In this document: positions 13,750 through 25,681 of the stretch, piece by piece
Numbering within the stretch: position 1 is the first letter of the stretch
Layout of the letters: every line of letters begins with the position of its first letter
NCBI GenBank assembly: GCA_051453625.1
Contig: JBOZIK010000001.1
Coordinates: 30,234,766 to 30,274,735 of the forward strand
Source: Welwitschia mirabilis
Taxonomy: Eukaryota
Direction: 5' to 3'
Length of the DNA: 39,970 nucleotides
Position numbers and translations under genes: made by a program
The notes under the pieces: model-generated
Told to the model about the DNA's origin: nothing
The model's database searches: none
The model's input: only the letters and a program-made list of their open reading frames with translations

Positions 13750-14305
13750 CCATTTTAGAGCTTATATCACATAATCTAGAATCATAGGAGCATTTCACAA
13801 ATTTGGACATGATTAAAACTCTTAAAATCTTACTTGAGATTTTCTAATGCCTTTACCGTAGTTTCCTATGCTTTCACAGTGCTATCCTTTAGAAGCTTTA
13901 AAAGAGGCATGGTTTTGTCTTCTTTGATAATGATTTTATCATTCTTTTTATTATCTTCAAAAAAAAAAAAAAAAAAACATGCTATAACATTAGCCTTTTT
14001 CTTAGGCTTTCTAGACTGGAAGTGAGAAATTTGTTTCCAAACCATGTCAAGCATAGGTAGAAATTTGAGAAATAACTTTAGATTATCAGAAAAACTAGAG
14101 ACCTTAAGATATCATGTCATGTCATCAATGGAGTTGTTGAGTAGCATAGACATTTTTTGGAAACTTGTATTAAAAGTTATTATGAAGACTCTCTTTACCG
14201 CATTTTGATTGCACTTGGTAATATGAAGCAGGGCCTTTTTGAGAATCTAGTTCATTTTTCCAATGATCTACACTGTGAGATAGTTATACAAATAGTTAAA
14301 CCTAC
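13750..14305 (-). pseudogene. ARO: ARMADILLO REPEAT ONLY-like gene fragment, second part (N-terminal domain plus first ARM repeat)
   Basis: Translation NYLYNYLTV*IIGKMN*ILKKALLHITKCNQNAVKRVFIITFNTSFQKMSMLLNNSIDDMT*YLKVS...PMLDMVWKQISHFQ...EDNKKNDKIIIKED..PLLKLLKD is colinear with ARO1-type DLYERPTRRIIDDTEQVL.KAL.LV.KC...MKRVFTII...F.K..MQLENSIGDVSWLLRVS...PILCLIWEQ...DNDRYG.LIIEEGG..LLKL.KEG. Confidence 0.85.
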
Positions 14306-14623
14306 TGATGTAACTCCATAATTAAAGTAGTTTATTATAAATTCAATTCATATTATCAAGCCCATAGATTGTTAATTGGCCCCATAATTTATTATTTTTG
14401 TTATTTTCTTAAATCCACATGAATTGCATATTTTTTCAGGAGGATTTTATGTGCTATAATAAGTGGGTATTGTATTACTTTATCATCATTGAATAAAGTT
14501 TGAACTCTTATTTTGAAGGCTAATCATCCTCAAAGTGATTATTGGAGGCTTGACCCCCTCAAAGTGGTTACTTGCTTTCAATTTTCTGCATTTACTTGTA
14601 TTCTTACAACCAAGTTCATAACA
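14306..14623 (+). repeat. 5' LTR of Reina-like element
   Basis: TGATGT...ATAACA; end-to-end homology with 19097-19416. Confidence 0.93.
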
Positions 14624-14651
14624 TTTAGTATTAGAACCTCCTTTCAGATCC

Positions 14652-17600
14652 ATGGCAGATGGCATGAGACTTTCAAAGATATAAAATGACCTTAAAGTCA
14701 TGAAGGAAACATTCGTCAGACAAGTATAAGACATGGAAAGATCAAATAATAAATTAGAAAGAATAGTGGAAATGAATACAGAGGCATTAGAAGATATCAA
14801 AAAAGTAATTGGTGCACTAAAATTAAAGTATAGCCAAGGGAAATCCTTAGCTTCTTTTAAAGAAGTATCTTCTATGGATCATGATCAAACTAAACACCTA
14901 GGATAGAAGGAACTGATACATCAAGTGGATAATGGTGGTGCAATTAAAACATGATTCATGAGACTAGAATTTCTGTGTCTTAATGGAGATGATCCCAACA
15001 AATGGAGCTATAGTGATAAATACTTTTTTAAATTTAATATAACTTTGGAAGCATAAAATATTAGCATAGCCTGCTTTCACCTTGAGAAGAAAGCTCTCTA
15101 ACGATATTAATGATTTGAGAAGATATGAAAAATTAGGGTGTGATGTGGATGAAGTTTTTGAGGTCCTTTGTGCCTGATTTGATTCCATCCTTTATAAAGA
15201 CTATATAAGAGAACCCTTCAAATTTTGATAAACTTCATCTATTCATGATTATCAATCATGATTTGAGCAATTAGTAAATTACACTACTGGATTGATTAAG
15301 TATTTTTTATAATTTGCTTCATCAGTGGATTAAAAGATGAGCTAAAACATTATGTTTAATTTTTTAGATCAATCATAATGTTTGTTGCAATTGAAGTAGA
15401 ATTATTACAAGAGAAGTGACAATAAAACCTAAGTCAATTAAGAAATGAAAAGTTTGTTGCCCCTAGTTCTTTAACTATTCCCTCAACAGAGGGCCCTGTT
15501 GCTCTACTAATTAAGTTGCTAACTCCAGTCGAGCTAAAGACTAGAAGGGATAAGAAGTTATGCTACAATTGTAACAAGAAGTTTGCTCTAAGACATAAAT
15601 GCAAGTTACAACAATTGTTCTTATTAGAAGGGAAGTGGTTTGATGAGGAAAAAGATGAACAACCTACAAATGTTTAAGAGGAGATTCTGGCTGAGGTTTC
15701 CATGTATGCTATTATAGGTTTATTATCAACCCAAATAATGCAACTCAAATGCCTACTTAAATATTAACCTATTATTGTTTTGATTGACTTTGAAAGTACC
15801 CATAATTTTATTGACCTTGTAATTACCAAGAGATTGGAATGCCACATATAGTAAGACAAGTATTTAACGTTATGATGGCAAACGAAGAGAGATTAAAAAC
15901 TCAAGAAAAATGATCTAATTTGCCTTTATTATTTTAAGATTTTAGATTTAGAATCTAGTTATATTTTCTTCCATTAAGTGGTTGCGATGTTATATTAGGG
16001 ACCTTTTGGCTTCACACACTTGATTTAATTTTATGGAATTTTTTTAGACTATTTACATAGTTTAAATAATCAAGGATAAAAATATTCACTGCAAGGGTTA
16101 AGAGGATCACCAACATAAACTATAACATCCATTGCATTGAAAAAAAAAAAATCTAAAAAGAATGCAGCTATTTTAATCAAGTTGTGCTCTATGAAGGAAA
16201 ATAAAGATGCCATAGATGGATCACTAGAATTGAAGAAGTTACTATAAAATTATAGTAATATCTTTGCTATACTTATTGAGCTTCCTCTTACATGGACTCA
16301 AGATCATCAGATTCCTTTATAACCTAGGATCCAACTACCAAATATTTAACTTTATTGGTATCCCACGTCCAAAAAAGAAAAAATTGAAAAACAAATAATG
16401 GAGATTCTTGATGCAGGGATTATTCAGCCTAGTTAGAGTGCTTACTCTTTTTTATTTCTTTTAGTCCAAAAGTCAGATGGTTCCTAAGGGATGTATGTGA
16501 ACTATCAGGAGCTCAATAAAATTATCATTAAAGATAAATTTTCTCTCCCTATCATCAAGGATTATTTGATGAACTTCATAAAGTTTCATACTTTTCCAAA
16601 CTAAACCTTCATTCTGGTTATCATCATATTCATGTATGAGAAGAAGGCATATGCAAAACAGTCTTTCATACTCATCATGGGTATCATGAGTTTTTCATCA
16701 TGCCATTTGGATTAACAAATGATCCATATTCCTTCCAAAGTCTCATGAATGATGTTTTTATCCCTTATCTATGGCAATTTATTTTGGTCTTCTTTGATGA
16801 TATTCTAGACTACAGCCCCACTTAGGAGAAACATATGACTAACTTATAGGAAAATTTTAATGTTTTGAAAAAGAATAAGCTTTTTGTTAAATAATCAAAA
16901 TGTTCATTTGGACAAGATCAAGTAGAATATCTAGGGCACATAATATCCCATTATGGAGTGGCCATTGATCCAAATAATATTGCCTTCATGCTTGATTAGT
17001 CAGTGCCTAAAAGTATTCATGGTTTAAGGGGCTTCTTGGGATTGACTAATTACAATAGAAATTCATCAAAAATTATGGAAAGATTAGTGCTTCCCAAACT
17101 AATCTCCTTAAGAAGGATTCATTCAATTAGAGTTTTAAAGTAGAGCAAGCTTTCAAGGATCTTAAGCAAGCCATAACCATAACATTGATATTAGCTCTCC
17201 CTAATTTTTTAAAATTATTTATAATTAAATGTAATGCCTCTAGTGTAGGAACTAGTGTAGTTCTTATACATGAGAGATGACCATTATCATATACTAGTTA
17301 AATGCTCTCTCAAAAGAATCTTCAGCTATCTACATATGAAAAATAAATGCTAGTTAGTGTGCATGCTATATTAAAAATGGCAACAATACTTAGTTGGAAG
17401 GCATTTTAAAATTTGAAGCAATCATAAAAGTATAAATTATTTAGTCGCTCTGAGAGATGAAATACTAATCCAACTAAAATTAATGGTTAAAATCATGGAA
17501 TATGACTATGAATTTGAGTATAATAAATGTGTAGAGAATGCAACAGCCAATGCTCTCTCTCACAAGTTAGAATTATATCTTTTAGTCCTTTCTTAATCAC

Positions 17601-19070
17601 TATATGCAATAGCTAATGCTCTCTCTCACAAGTTAGAATTATAGCTTTTAGCCCTCTCTTATTCACTATCAACATGAGTTAAAGAAGTAAAAATAGAAAC
17701 TAGTAAAGATAAATTCTCTACACATTATCATCACCAAGTTACAAGAAGTACCAAACAAAGTTCTCAAGTATTCCTATAAAGATGGATTTCTTTATCAAGG
17801 AAGACTAGTTTTGAATGAAAATTCCCAATGCTAATTCGACCTTCTGAAACATCTCCATGATTCTCCTGAGGTAGGGTGCTCTAGGTTGCATAAAACATAT
17901 AAGAGGTTTTCAAGAAACTTCTATTAAAGAGGTACCAAAAAAGATATCAAGTCTTATACTACTAAATGTGAAGCCTATCATAGGAATACGTATGAGACAT
18001 TCTTACTAGGGGTACTTCAGCCATTACCTATCCGTGAATGTATTTAGTTTGACATCTTCATGGATTTCATTAATAGCTTACCATGATATCAGGACAAGAC
18101 TACAATTATGGTGGTGGTGAAATGTATTTCCAAATATGCTCCTTTTGTATCATTGTCTCATTCCTATATAGCACAATAGATGATCAAGTTATTCCTTAAA
18201 AATATCTTTAAATTACATAGTATGCCTACATGCATTATTAGTGATGACCATGTTGTATTTACAAGTGGTTTTTGGAAAGAGTTATCCAGGATGCAAGGTT
18301 CACACTTATGCATGAGATTAGGCTATCATCCATAATCATATAGGTAAATGGAGGTTGTAAATAGATGTTTAAAGACATATTTAAGGTGATTTAATTAGTT
18401 AATATCCAAAGTGATGGGCTAAGTAGCTTCCATTAGTTGAATGGTGGTATAATGCCACTTTTTATTCGTCCACTCAAATAACTCCCTATGAAGCTATTTA
18501 TGGACAATTACCACCTATACTATTATCATATGTTATAGGAACAATAGAAGTTCATCATGTGGATAGGGATTCGCATGAGGAAAACCTTAAAGCTATAAGG
18601 ATCCACATGAAACAACAAGCAGACAAGCACTACATAGAGAATTCCTTTGAGATTGGTAACTTTGTATACCTTAGATTATAGTCATATAGATAAACTTCAC
18701 TAGCTATTCATCATAATTTAAAGCTCTCTCCTTGATATTAAGGACCCTATAAAGTGCTTTAGAAAATTGGCTCCGTTGCTTATAACCTTGAATTGCCTTC
18801 AGGATCTCATAGACATACTATTTTTCATGTCTCATGTTTAAAGAAAAAGATTAGGGATGAAACTATAATAACTATAAAGCTTNNNNNNNNNNNNNNNNNN
18901 GGGATCTTACAAGTACAATTGAAAACTATCTTAGACCATCATATGATAAAGTTTCAAAATCGAGCAGTTACAAAGGTGCTTGTTTAATGGGATAACTTTC
19001 CTCCTGAAAATGCTACTTGGGAATTTCTACATAAGTTACAAGAGAGGTTTCTAAACTTTCAGCCTTCAAA
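14652..19070 (+). pseudogene. Reina-like gag-pol polyprotein pseudogene
   Basis: RLEFLCLNGDDPNKW (gag), LCYNCNKKFALRHKC (zinc knuckle), LIDFESTHNFID (protease), MPFGLTN and LVFFDDIL (RT), CNASSVG (RNase H), MDFINSLP and GPYKVL (integrase), KVLV*WDNFPPENATWE (chromodomain). Many stops. Confidence 0.93.
17539..17669. repeat. 66-bp tandem duplication at the end of RNase H
   Basis: TGCAA(C/T)AGC(C/T)AATGCTCTCTCTCACAAGTTAGAATTATA... at 17539 and 17605. Confidence 0.9.
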
Positions 19071-19096
19071 ACAAGGTTGTTTTGAAGAGGGTGGAA

Positions 19097-19416
19097 TGAT
19101 GTGACCCAATAATTATAGTAGTTTATTATAAACTCAATTCCTATTATCAGGTCCATAAATTGTTAATTGGCCCTATAATTTATTATTTTTGTTATTTCAT
19201 TAAATCCCACATGGATTATGTGATTTATTAGGATGATTTTATGTTCTATAAATAAGTGGATATTATAGTTCTTTATCATCATTGAATAATGTTTGAACTC
19301 TTATGTTTGAGGATACTCACCCTTGAAGTGGTTGTTGGAGGATTGACCCCCTTGAAGTGGTTACTTAATTTTACTTTTCTATACTTACTTACATTCTTAT
19401 GACTGGTTTTGTAATA
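19097..19416 (+). repeat. 3' LTR of Reina-like element
   Basis: TGATGT...GTAATA, directly after the PPT. Confidence 0.93.
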
Positions 19417-19600
19417 GTTACGTGTGGCTTGCTAAAGTAAATGTGTGAGTTTCTTGCTAGAGTAAAGATATGAGTTTCTGGGTCTATTTCTTAAGATCCA
19501 TGTATTTCTCCTTAAATGAAAGTATTACTTACACTATTTTATAGAGCTAATCCACCATTTGAGTTGGACTTGATAGTATCTGCTTTATTCTCTTCATCAT
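19417..19600 (-). pseudogene. ARO: ARMADILLO REPEAT ONLY-like gene fragment, first part (start codon region)
   Basis: ATG at 19600: MMKRIKQILSSPTQMVD*LYKIV*VILSFKEKYMDLKK*TQKLISLL*Q vs ARO-type MADIVKQIL.RPIQLADQI.K..DEA.SFRQEC.E.K.KTEKLAGLLRQ. It continues at 14305 on the other side of the Reina insertion. Confidence 0.85.
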
Positions 19601-19745
19601 TTCCACACACAAATCCTTTATCTTTTTCTCCTTGTCTTCTCTTCAAATATGGCAAATTGCAAATCCTTTTTGGGAAATAGAAAAGCCTTAAGCCTATAGC
19701 CTTTAAACTAGTTCAAGATAAAAGAAAAAAGATTAATGACTAGTT

Positions 19746-20420
19746 ATGCTGATAGCATTTTAGGTAATATTTACATCACTAACACGAGCCTTGCATTTAC
19801 CATTAGTAAGAACTAGGATGAAAACACTACTTAGTATTAATCTTTGACACATCTATACACTAGTTCTACNNNNNNNNNNNNNNNNNNNNNNNNNNNNNNN
19901 NNNNNNNNNNNNNNNNNNNNNNNNNNNNNNNNNNNAGGGCATGTAGTGGTTTTTACATACATGTGGTACATGCCTATATTTTCTAGAAGATACTTTTTCT
20001 TTGGGAGACATACATTAATGCCTCCAATACAATGCTTATGATGCACAAAGAAATCTGGTTGCTAACATAATAGGATGCTACAAATGAAGTATTTAACATG
20101 GTAAATGGGGATGCCTTCACTTGGAGAAAGCTTTGGCCATGATTGATGCATGCCTTTGGTTTTAAGATGACATTATAGGGGAAGACTATGAATAAGAATC
20201 TACATGCTATATATTCTATGAGTGACATGGAGTCTAGTTAGGAGGAGATCATTATTGTACATTTGGTGTGGCCAACAAGATGTAAGATTTGGCAGAATGA
20301 TGGCTTTTGAATTATATGTTTGAATGCTGTTTTAATATGCATGAGTAGTAAGAACTGTTTCTTTGAACATCAATATTAGTAAATCAACAATCTATAGATG
20401 AGGGAATTTCTACCATTCAA
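19746..20420 (+). pseudogene. VEP1: PRISE family (progesterone 5-beta-reductase / iridoid synthase-like, VEP1-like SDR) gene fragment lacking its N-terminus
   Basis: RALHLPLVRTRMK/HYL (cf. LKHVSLQTGxKHY), LWETYINASN (cf. WE.Y.DASDA), EIW, NEVFNMVNGDAFTWRKLWP*LMHAFG (cf. NEAFN..NGDVF.WK.LW..LA..FG), MSDMESS*EEII and DLAE*WLLNYMF. Confidence 0.85.
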
Positions 20421-20924
20421 AACTATGAGACATGTTATAACTTTTGATATTTTAGATTAAACACAAAAATTAGAAGACCCAAGAAAATTAAAAATAAAAT
20501 ATAAAACATGATCTTAAGATTGCAAAAATAGTGTGATCTATTACATAGGCATACTATAAAGTAGCTAAAAACAGTGAATTCCACTATTAAGAAGATGCAT
20601 TCTTGAGAAACTTTATTGTACAAGTTGACCAATTTAGCTTATGTGCAAAAATGTCTTACTCCACTTACCAATAAATCAAGAAGAGAAGCATTAAGAAGAT
20701 AATTTGAGTCTTTAACATCATGTGATCAAATCCAAGGAGATCTAGTATGGCAACACCATCAACAATAAAGAAAGCAGATCTCTATTCAAAAAATAAAGAT
20801 AAGCATAAAGACAAGTTAGCTAATATAAATGCATGACTTTGTAAAATGCACATGTAATTGAATAATACATGCATTAAGGGTGTGTATTAGATGATAATTA
20901 AAATTTCATCATTAAAGGGGTGAT

Positions 20925-21164
20925 TGTGAGAAGTGTAATACTAGCATTCCAAATGTAGTTAGATTTGTTCCTAAATTAAGAGGATGAGATACATGTACCT
21001 ATGTAAGGCATATGAGAGAACAATGTATCTATGAGATTATATTGAGATATTGTCTTAGCTATTTATAGAATATGGTTATGAGACTCTCTATATAAATACA
21101 ATTGAATGCTAATGAATATATAGTTACACTAGTGTGGTTTCAACCACTCTACTGATTTTAATCA
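20925..21164 (+). repeat. Complete copia-like 3' LTR preceded by a PPT
   Basis: AAAGGGGTGAT PPT (20914-20924), then TGTGAG...TAATCA with a TATATAAA box at ~21089. Upstream KDKLANI...KGVY* (~20808-20890) resembles a copia RNase H end. Confidence 0.75.
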
Positions 21165-21370
21165 TGGATTTTAATGTTTGGATAGTTTTCGTCCTACTTA
21201 TTTCTTATTTCTCATTAGGTTGTTAAATATTTTGATGATACTCATCATCATGAAGTATTCTACATCTTATCTCATATTTAGAACAAATCATGGATGTTGT
21301 TCTTTTCTCTAAGACTTTCTTCATTTTAACAAACAACATACCATAGTAGAACATGAAATTCCCCATGCCA

Positions 21371-24300
21371 TATTTATGCATTATTTCATTTTTAAATTTC
21401 ATTGAAATATGTGCCATTCATTGGAGTGTGCAACCTAAATGATTAGAAGATCCATCAATCTAAAAAAATGTAGATCTTTGAAGTTTTTGGGAATTAAAAA
21501 TAAAGGATAGAAATGAAGGGAGATTTAATAGCTAAAAACTAGTGGTATTCATGATCTATCAGCTACACTCAACTATTCAGAATGCTCAAACTGATTTTGC
21601 AAGGAGTAGTTCCTTTCTCTTACTTCAGTCAACCAGATTATGGAATTCAAGTAATGTTCCATAGGGTGTACTTCTTGGTCAATGTTGTAAGAAAGGCTCT
21701 GAAGAAATTGATCCCATTGGTTTTACAAGCGGATTCCATTGTAGAAAACTCTAATTAACAAGATTGTGAAAGCACTTTTTATGAAAGCTACAAAAAAGCA
21801 AAGGAGTCCAAAACAATAGCAGCAGTAAAATTCATGCCCTAATTCATCTTTATTCTAAGGCAGATTATTCAAAAATAGGAAATACTTATCCTAATGAAAA
21901 TGCAACTTCTTTCCTACCTAATCACCAACTAGAAAAATAGTAACAACAACTGCATAGTGCCGATGTGAGTTGTACTAGTAGCAATATCGATGGTATTTGT
22001 GACGAGTCCTCAGATAATAACCTCAAAGGGAAAGAAATGCTGAGAACCAAAGGACATGAAGAATAAGATAAGGTTTTTCAAAGTTCAAGCATTCTAATGG
22101 TGGAGGAAGTACTTTTATGTAGGGGTTAGAGGACTAGATAGTTTATTAAGCTCTATCAATGCCATTATTGTGTCCTCATAGAAGGCTTAAAGCTAAGGTA
22201 TTGAGACTTTTATATGACGTATGGAAAGATCACATAGAGGGATCCTACTACTAATGAAAATGATTTTCTGATAGGCTTTAGTATGATTTCATGGGCTATA
22301 AATCAAAGCCCATGGCTCTTACTTCATTTTATTTTAATCATGTTCTCTTTGACAAGCACCAGTAGCTCTATAAGGCTTATTCTAATGTCATAAAAAGGTA
22401 TAGAATTGATATAGTCTTTGTCAATTCTTGCATCTAGCTTTTAATTTTTCATTGCATAATTCTATGATTTTCAATGAACCTGACACACTCTAATATAGTA
22501 GAAAAAATACACAAGAAAGAAATGAATGCGTTATAAAAGTTTTATTTNNNNNNNNNNNNNNNNNNNNNNNNNNNNNNNNNNNNNNNNNNNNNNNNNNNNN
22601 NNNNNNNNNNNNNNNNNNNNNNNNNNNNNNNNNNNNNNNNNNNNNNNATATCAAGCATCCTGATATACAATATGGACCTATTCTATTATTTAACTAAAGG
22701 TGTTCAACATTAATACCATAAACATTTATAATAAGGTACATATGTCAAGTCCAATTCTTATTGTTATGTTTTCATTTATTAATATTACGTTATTATACTA
22801 CATACAAAACATATGTAGTATACTACATACAATATATGCATAATATTACATATATGTTATGTTATATTATATTATATTACATTACACTATATTACATACA
22901 TTACATTATATTATATTATATTACATAACTTTATATTACATCATGCTGTCTCATATGCATAATATTATATATGTATTATGAAAGTGGTAAACATGTTTAA
23001 TTGCTAAACACTTTAGAATTTATTCAGATCTTTGTTCTCCTTTGATTACATAACATCATGAAGTACCTGAAAAATATAAATTAATCTTAATGTTTTTAGA
23101 ATATTTACTCTAATAGAATGCTTTCTTACTCTCAATTAATTAGTGATTAATTTAGGTTAAATGTTAGATGTATTTTCTAATATTCATGTTTCTTCTGGTA
23201 TGATTTAATGCATTCAAATTATGCATAGTATAGTTATTAAATAATGTAATCACATTATGCTTTTCTTACTCTTAATGATTATAGTTAATTCTAGTATAAC
23301 TTGATGCTTTCTAGGTATGTATCCTTAAATATGTATTTTCATATATGTTCATGCATATGAGTTAAATGTTCTAAGTAGTTATTACTATCTTATGCATCAA
23401 ATGATATAATAATAGTAATTATTCTTTAATGCTCATTGAAGTAATTTGGAATTTGATTAACTGTCTTATCTTTAAATTTCTATTATACAAAGTTTATTGA
23501 GATAAATGATTAATTAGTATAATAGAGGCTAGTTCATTCTTGCATACTATACATATATTATATTATAAAAGGAGTAGTTTTAACATACCCTACTAAAATA
23601 GAGTATGTGTATATGCATGTGTGTGTAATTCATATTTTTGCATAAGCTTACTATAATGACATCCTATTATGATATATCCCTTCTGTTGGCTCTAGCCAAG
23701 ACACTAAAGAGATATGAGGGGTCTTTTGTATTTGCTAAATGTCATTACTAATGAATGATTATTGCTAAGTAACCTCTTCAAGGATTTACTCTCTCTCTCT
23801 TTTTACATACTTACATACATACCTACATACATAAATTTACATGTGTATTATCATCATTCATACATTGGAATTTCTTAATAGTATTAGATGTTATAACCTC
23901 AGGAGTTCTTGACTAACTACCTCTTATACTTTTACATATGGCTACTATGTATATGTACATATATTCGTGTGCGATATGTATTGATATTGGTTTGAATATT
24001 AAGTTATTGCATTATTCCTTGCATTCTTTCATGTTTAAGATTACCACATGTCACTGACATGAACCACTTTGATCTATCTTATGCTCATGTATATCGGTGG
24101 AGATGGGAATGAGATCCAAGATAAAATTATGTGTGGTTTTCAATCCTCTGGATGACGACTACATAAGCATTGTTGCTCAGCAATTGGAGAAATAAACCAC
24201 TTGACTACAACCTACCCACTTCGTCTATGTGCCTTTAATCAAGATTTCTGATTAATCTTAAGACTAGTATGATATTAGTCAGGTGGACTATTATCACATA

Positions 24301-24475
24301 GTTCACTTGATGTAAATCCTATGAGTAACTGAAAGCTAAGTCTCTCAGTTGTAATGTAAATCATTCTATTGCAATGTTTAATCTTGTCATGTAAATTACT
24401 ATTCTATAATGTAATTTAGTTTTAAAAAAAAAACATTTATGCCTTTAGATCCAACCCAAAAACTGGGTTGTGACT
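21371..24475 (+). repeat. 5' giant LTR (copy A) of a non-autonomous Tekay/Del-like element
   Basis: Long direct repeat with 24660-29103; ends CTGGGTTGTGAC(T), cf. canonical GGGTCGTGACA, followed by a PBS. The true start is probably ~10-15 bp left of 21371. Contains a 100-N gap. Confidence 0.75.
21790..22397 (+). pseudogene. KANSL2: KANSL2 / INO80 complex subunit D-like exon, copy A
   Basis: Core 22082-22397: LMVEEVLLCRG*RTR*FIKLYQCHYCVLIEGLKLRY*DFYMTYGK, then YDFMGYKSKPMALTSFYFNHVLFDKHQ*LYKAYSNVIK. This matches plant LTREEVLRRR.RR.KQL...YRDHYWALMEELK..YREYYW.YGK and zf-C3Hc3H C.F.GCKSKAMALTSFC..HIL.D..Q.LYK.C.YVIK. Followed by an AG|GTATAG donor at 22398. Confidence 0.88.
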
Positions 24476-24478
24476 TTT

Positions 24479-24490
24479 TGGTATTACAAC
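24479..24490 (+). promoter_or_regulatory. Primer-binding site (tRNA-iMet type, decayed)
   Basis: TGGTATTACAAC (9/12 to TGGTATCAGAGC) followed by CTAGGTT, as typical downstream of Tekay/Del PBSs. Confidence 0.7.
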
Positions 24491-24646
24491 CTAGGTTTGT
24501 ATCCATTACTTTGTCAAGTAGTTAATGATCTTATTAAAGTAATGCATGGCTTAGTCTTAGGTTTGGATCCATCACTTAATCAATTCATTAATGATTTTAT
24601 TAGAGTAAAATTTGGGCTAAGTACTTTTTAAGGATGAAAACTTATT

Positions 24647-24659
24647 AAAGAGGAGAGAA
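24647..24659 (+). promoter_or_regulatory. Polypurine tract
   Basis: TTTAAGGATGAAAACTTATTAAAGAGGAGAGAA|TATAACACC parallels the Tekay/Del TTCGAGGACGAAA...TAAGGGGGGGAGAA|TGTAACACC junction. Confidence 0.75.
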
Positions 24660-25077
24660 TATAACACCTCCTATTTATGCACTATTGCATTTTTAAATTG
24701 CACTGGGGTGTGTGCCATTCATTGGAATGTGCAACCTGAATGATCAAAAGAGCCATTAATCTAGAAAAATGTATATCTTTGAAGTTTTGGAGAAATGAAA
24801 ATGAAGGGTAGAAAGAATGGGAGATTCAATAGTAAAAAACTAGTGGTATTCATGATCTGTTGGTTGCACTCAACTATTTAGAATGGGCGAACCAACTTTA
24901 CAAGGATAGGTTCCTCTATCTCATTTCATTTGACCGAAATGCAAAATTCAAGTAATGTTTCATAGGATGCACTTCTTGGTCAATGTTGTAAGAAAGACTC
25001 TAAACAGATTAGCCATATTGGTTTTATAAGTGGATTTAATTATAAGAAACTCTAATTGAATAGCACCTTTTATGGAA

Positions 25078-25681
25078 ACTACAGGGAAATAGAGTAATTC
25101 AAAAAGACAACAATAATAAAACCCATGCCCTAATTTATCTTTGTCAAAGGCAAATTATTCAAAGAGGAAATACTAACCCTAGTGAAAATGTAACTTCTCC
25201 TATGACCCATTACTAGCTAAAACAATAGTAACTACGAGTGCATGATGTCAATGCAAGTTGTAATTGCAACAATACTCATGCTGTTTGTGGTGACACGTCA
25301 GATAATAACCTCAAAGAGTGAGAAATGCTGAGAACCGAAGGACATAAATAAGAATATATGATTTTTCAAAGTTCAAACATTCTAATGATGTAGGAAGTCC
25401 ATTGACATAGGAGTTAGAGGATGAGATAGTTTGTTAAGCTCTATCGGCACAATTATTAAACCCTCATGGAGGGCCTAAACATAGGGTATTGATACTTTTA
25501 TATGAAGTATGGAAAGAGTGCCTGGAAGAATCCTACTACTGATAAAAATGATGTTTCTATGACTTTAAGTATGCTTTCATGGGCTACAAATCAAAGTCCA
25601 TGGCTCTCACTTCATTTTGTTTTAATCATATTTTTTTTTATGAGTTCTAGTATCTCTACAAGGTTCTTATGTCATAAAAAG
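25078..25681 (+). pseudogene. KANSL2: KANSL2 / INO80 complex subunit D-like exon, copy B
   Basis: Core 25370-25681: LMM*EVH*HRS*RMR*FVKLYRHNY*TLMEGLNIGY*YFYMKYGKSAWK, then YAFMGYKSKSMALTSFCFNHIFF...YLYKV. Confidence 0.88.

Larger units (their letters stand above)
14306..19416 (+). mobile_element. Full-length degenerate Ty3/gypsy chromovirus (Reina-like)
   Basis: ~320-bp LTRs (14306-14623, 19097-19416), decayed iMet PBS TAGTATTAGAAC (14626-14637), PPT GAAGAGGGTGGAA (19084-19096), decayed TSD CCTAC/GTTAC, and gag-PR-RT-RH-INT-chromodomain order. Confidence 0.95.

Noticed and set aside
21200-21360. Minus-strand ORF 21223-21417 with faint integrase zinc-finger-linker resemblance
   Set aside because: Short, no diagnostic residues, and it overlaps the LTR boundary.
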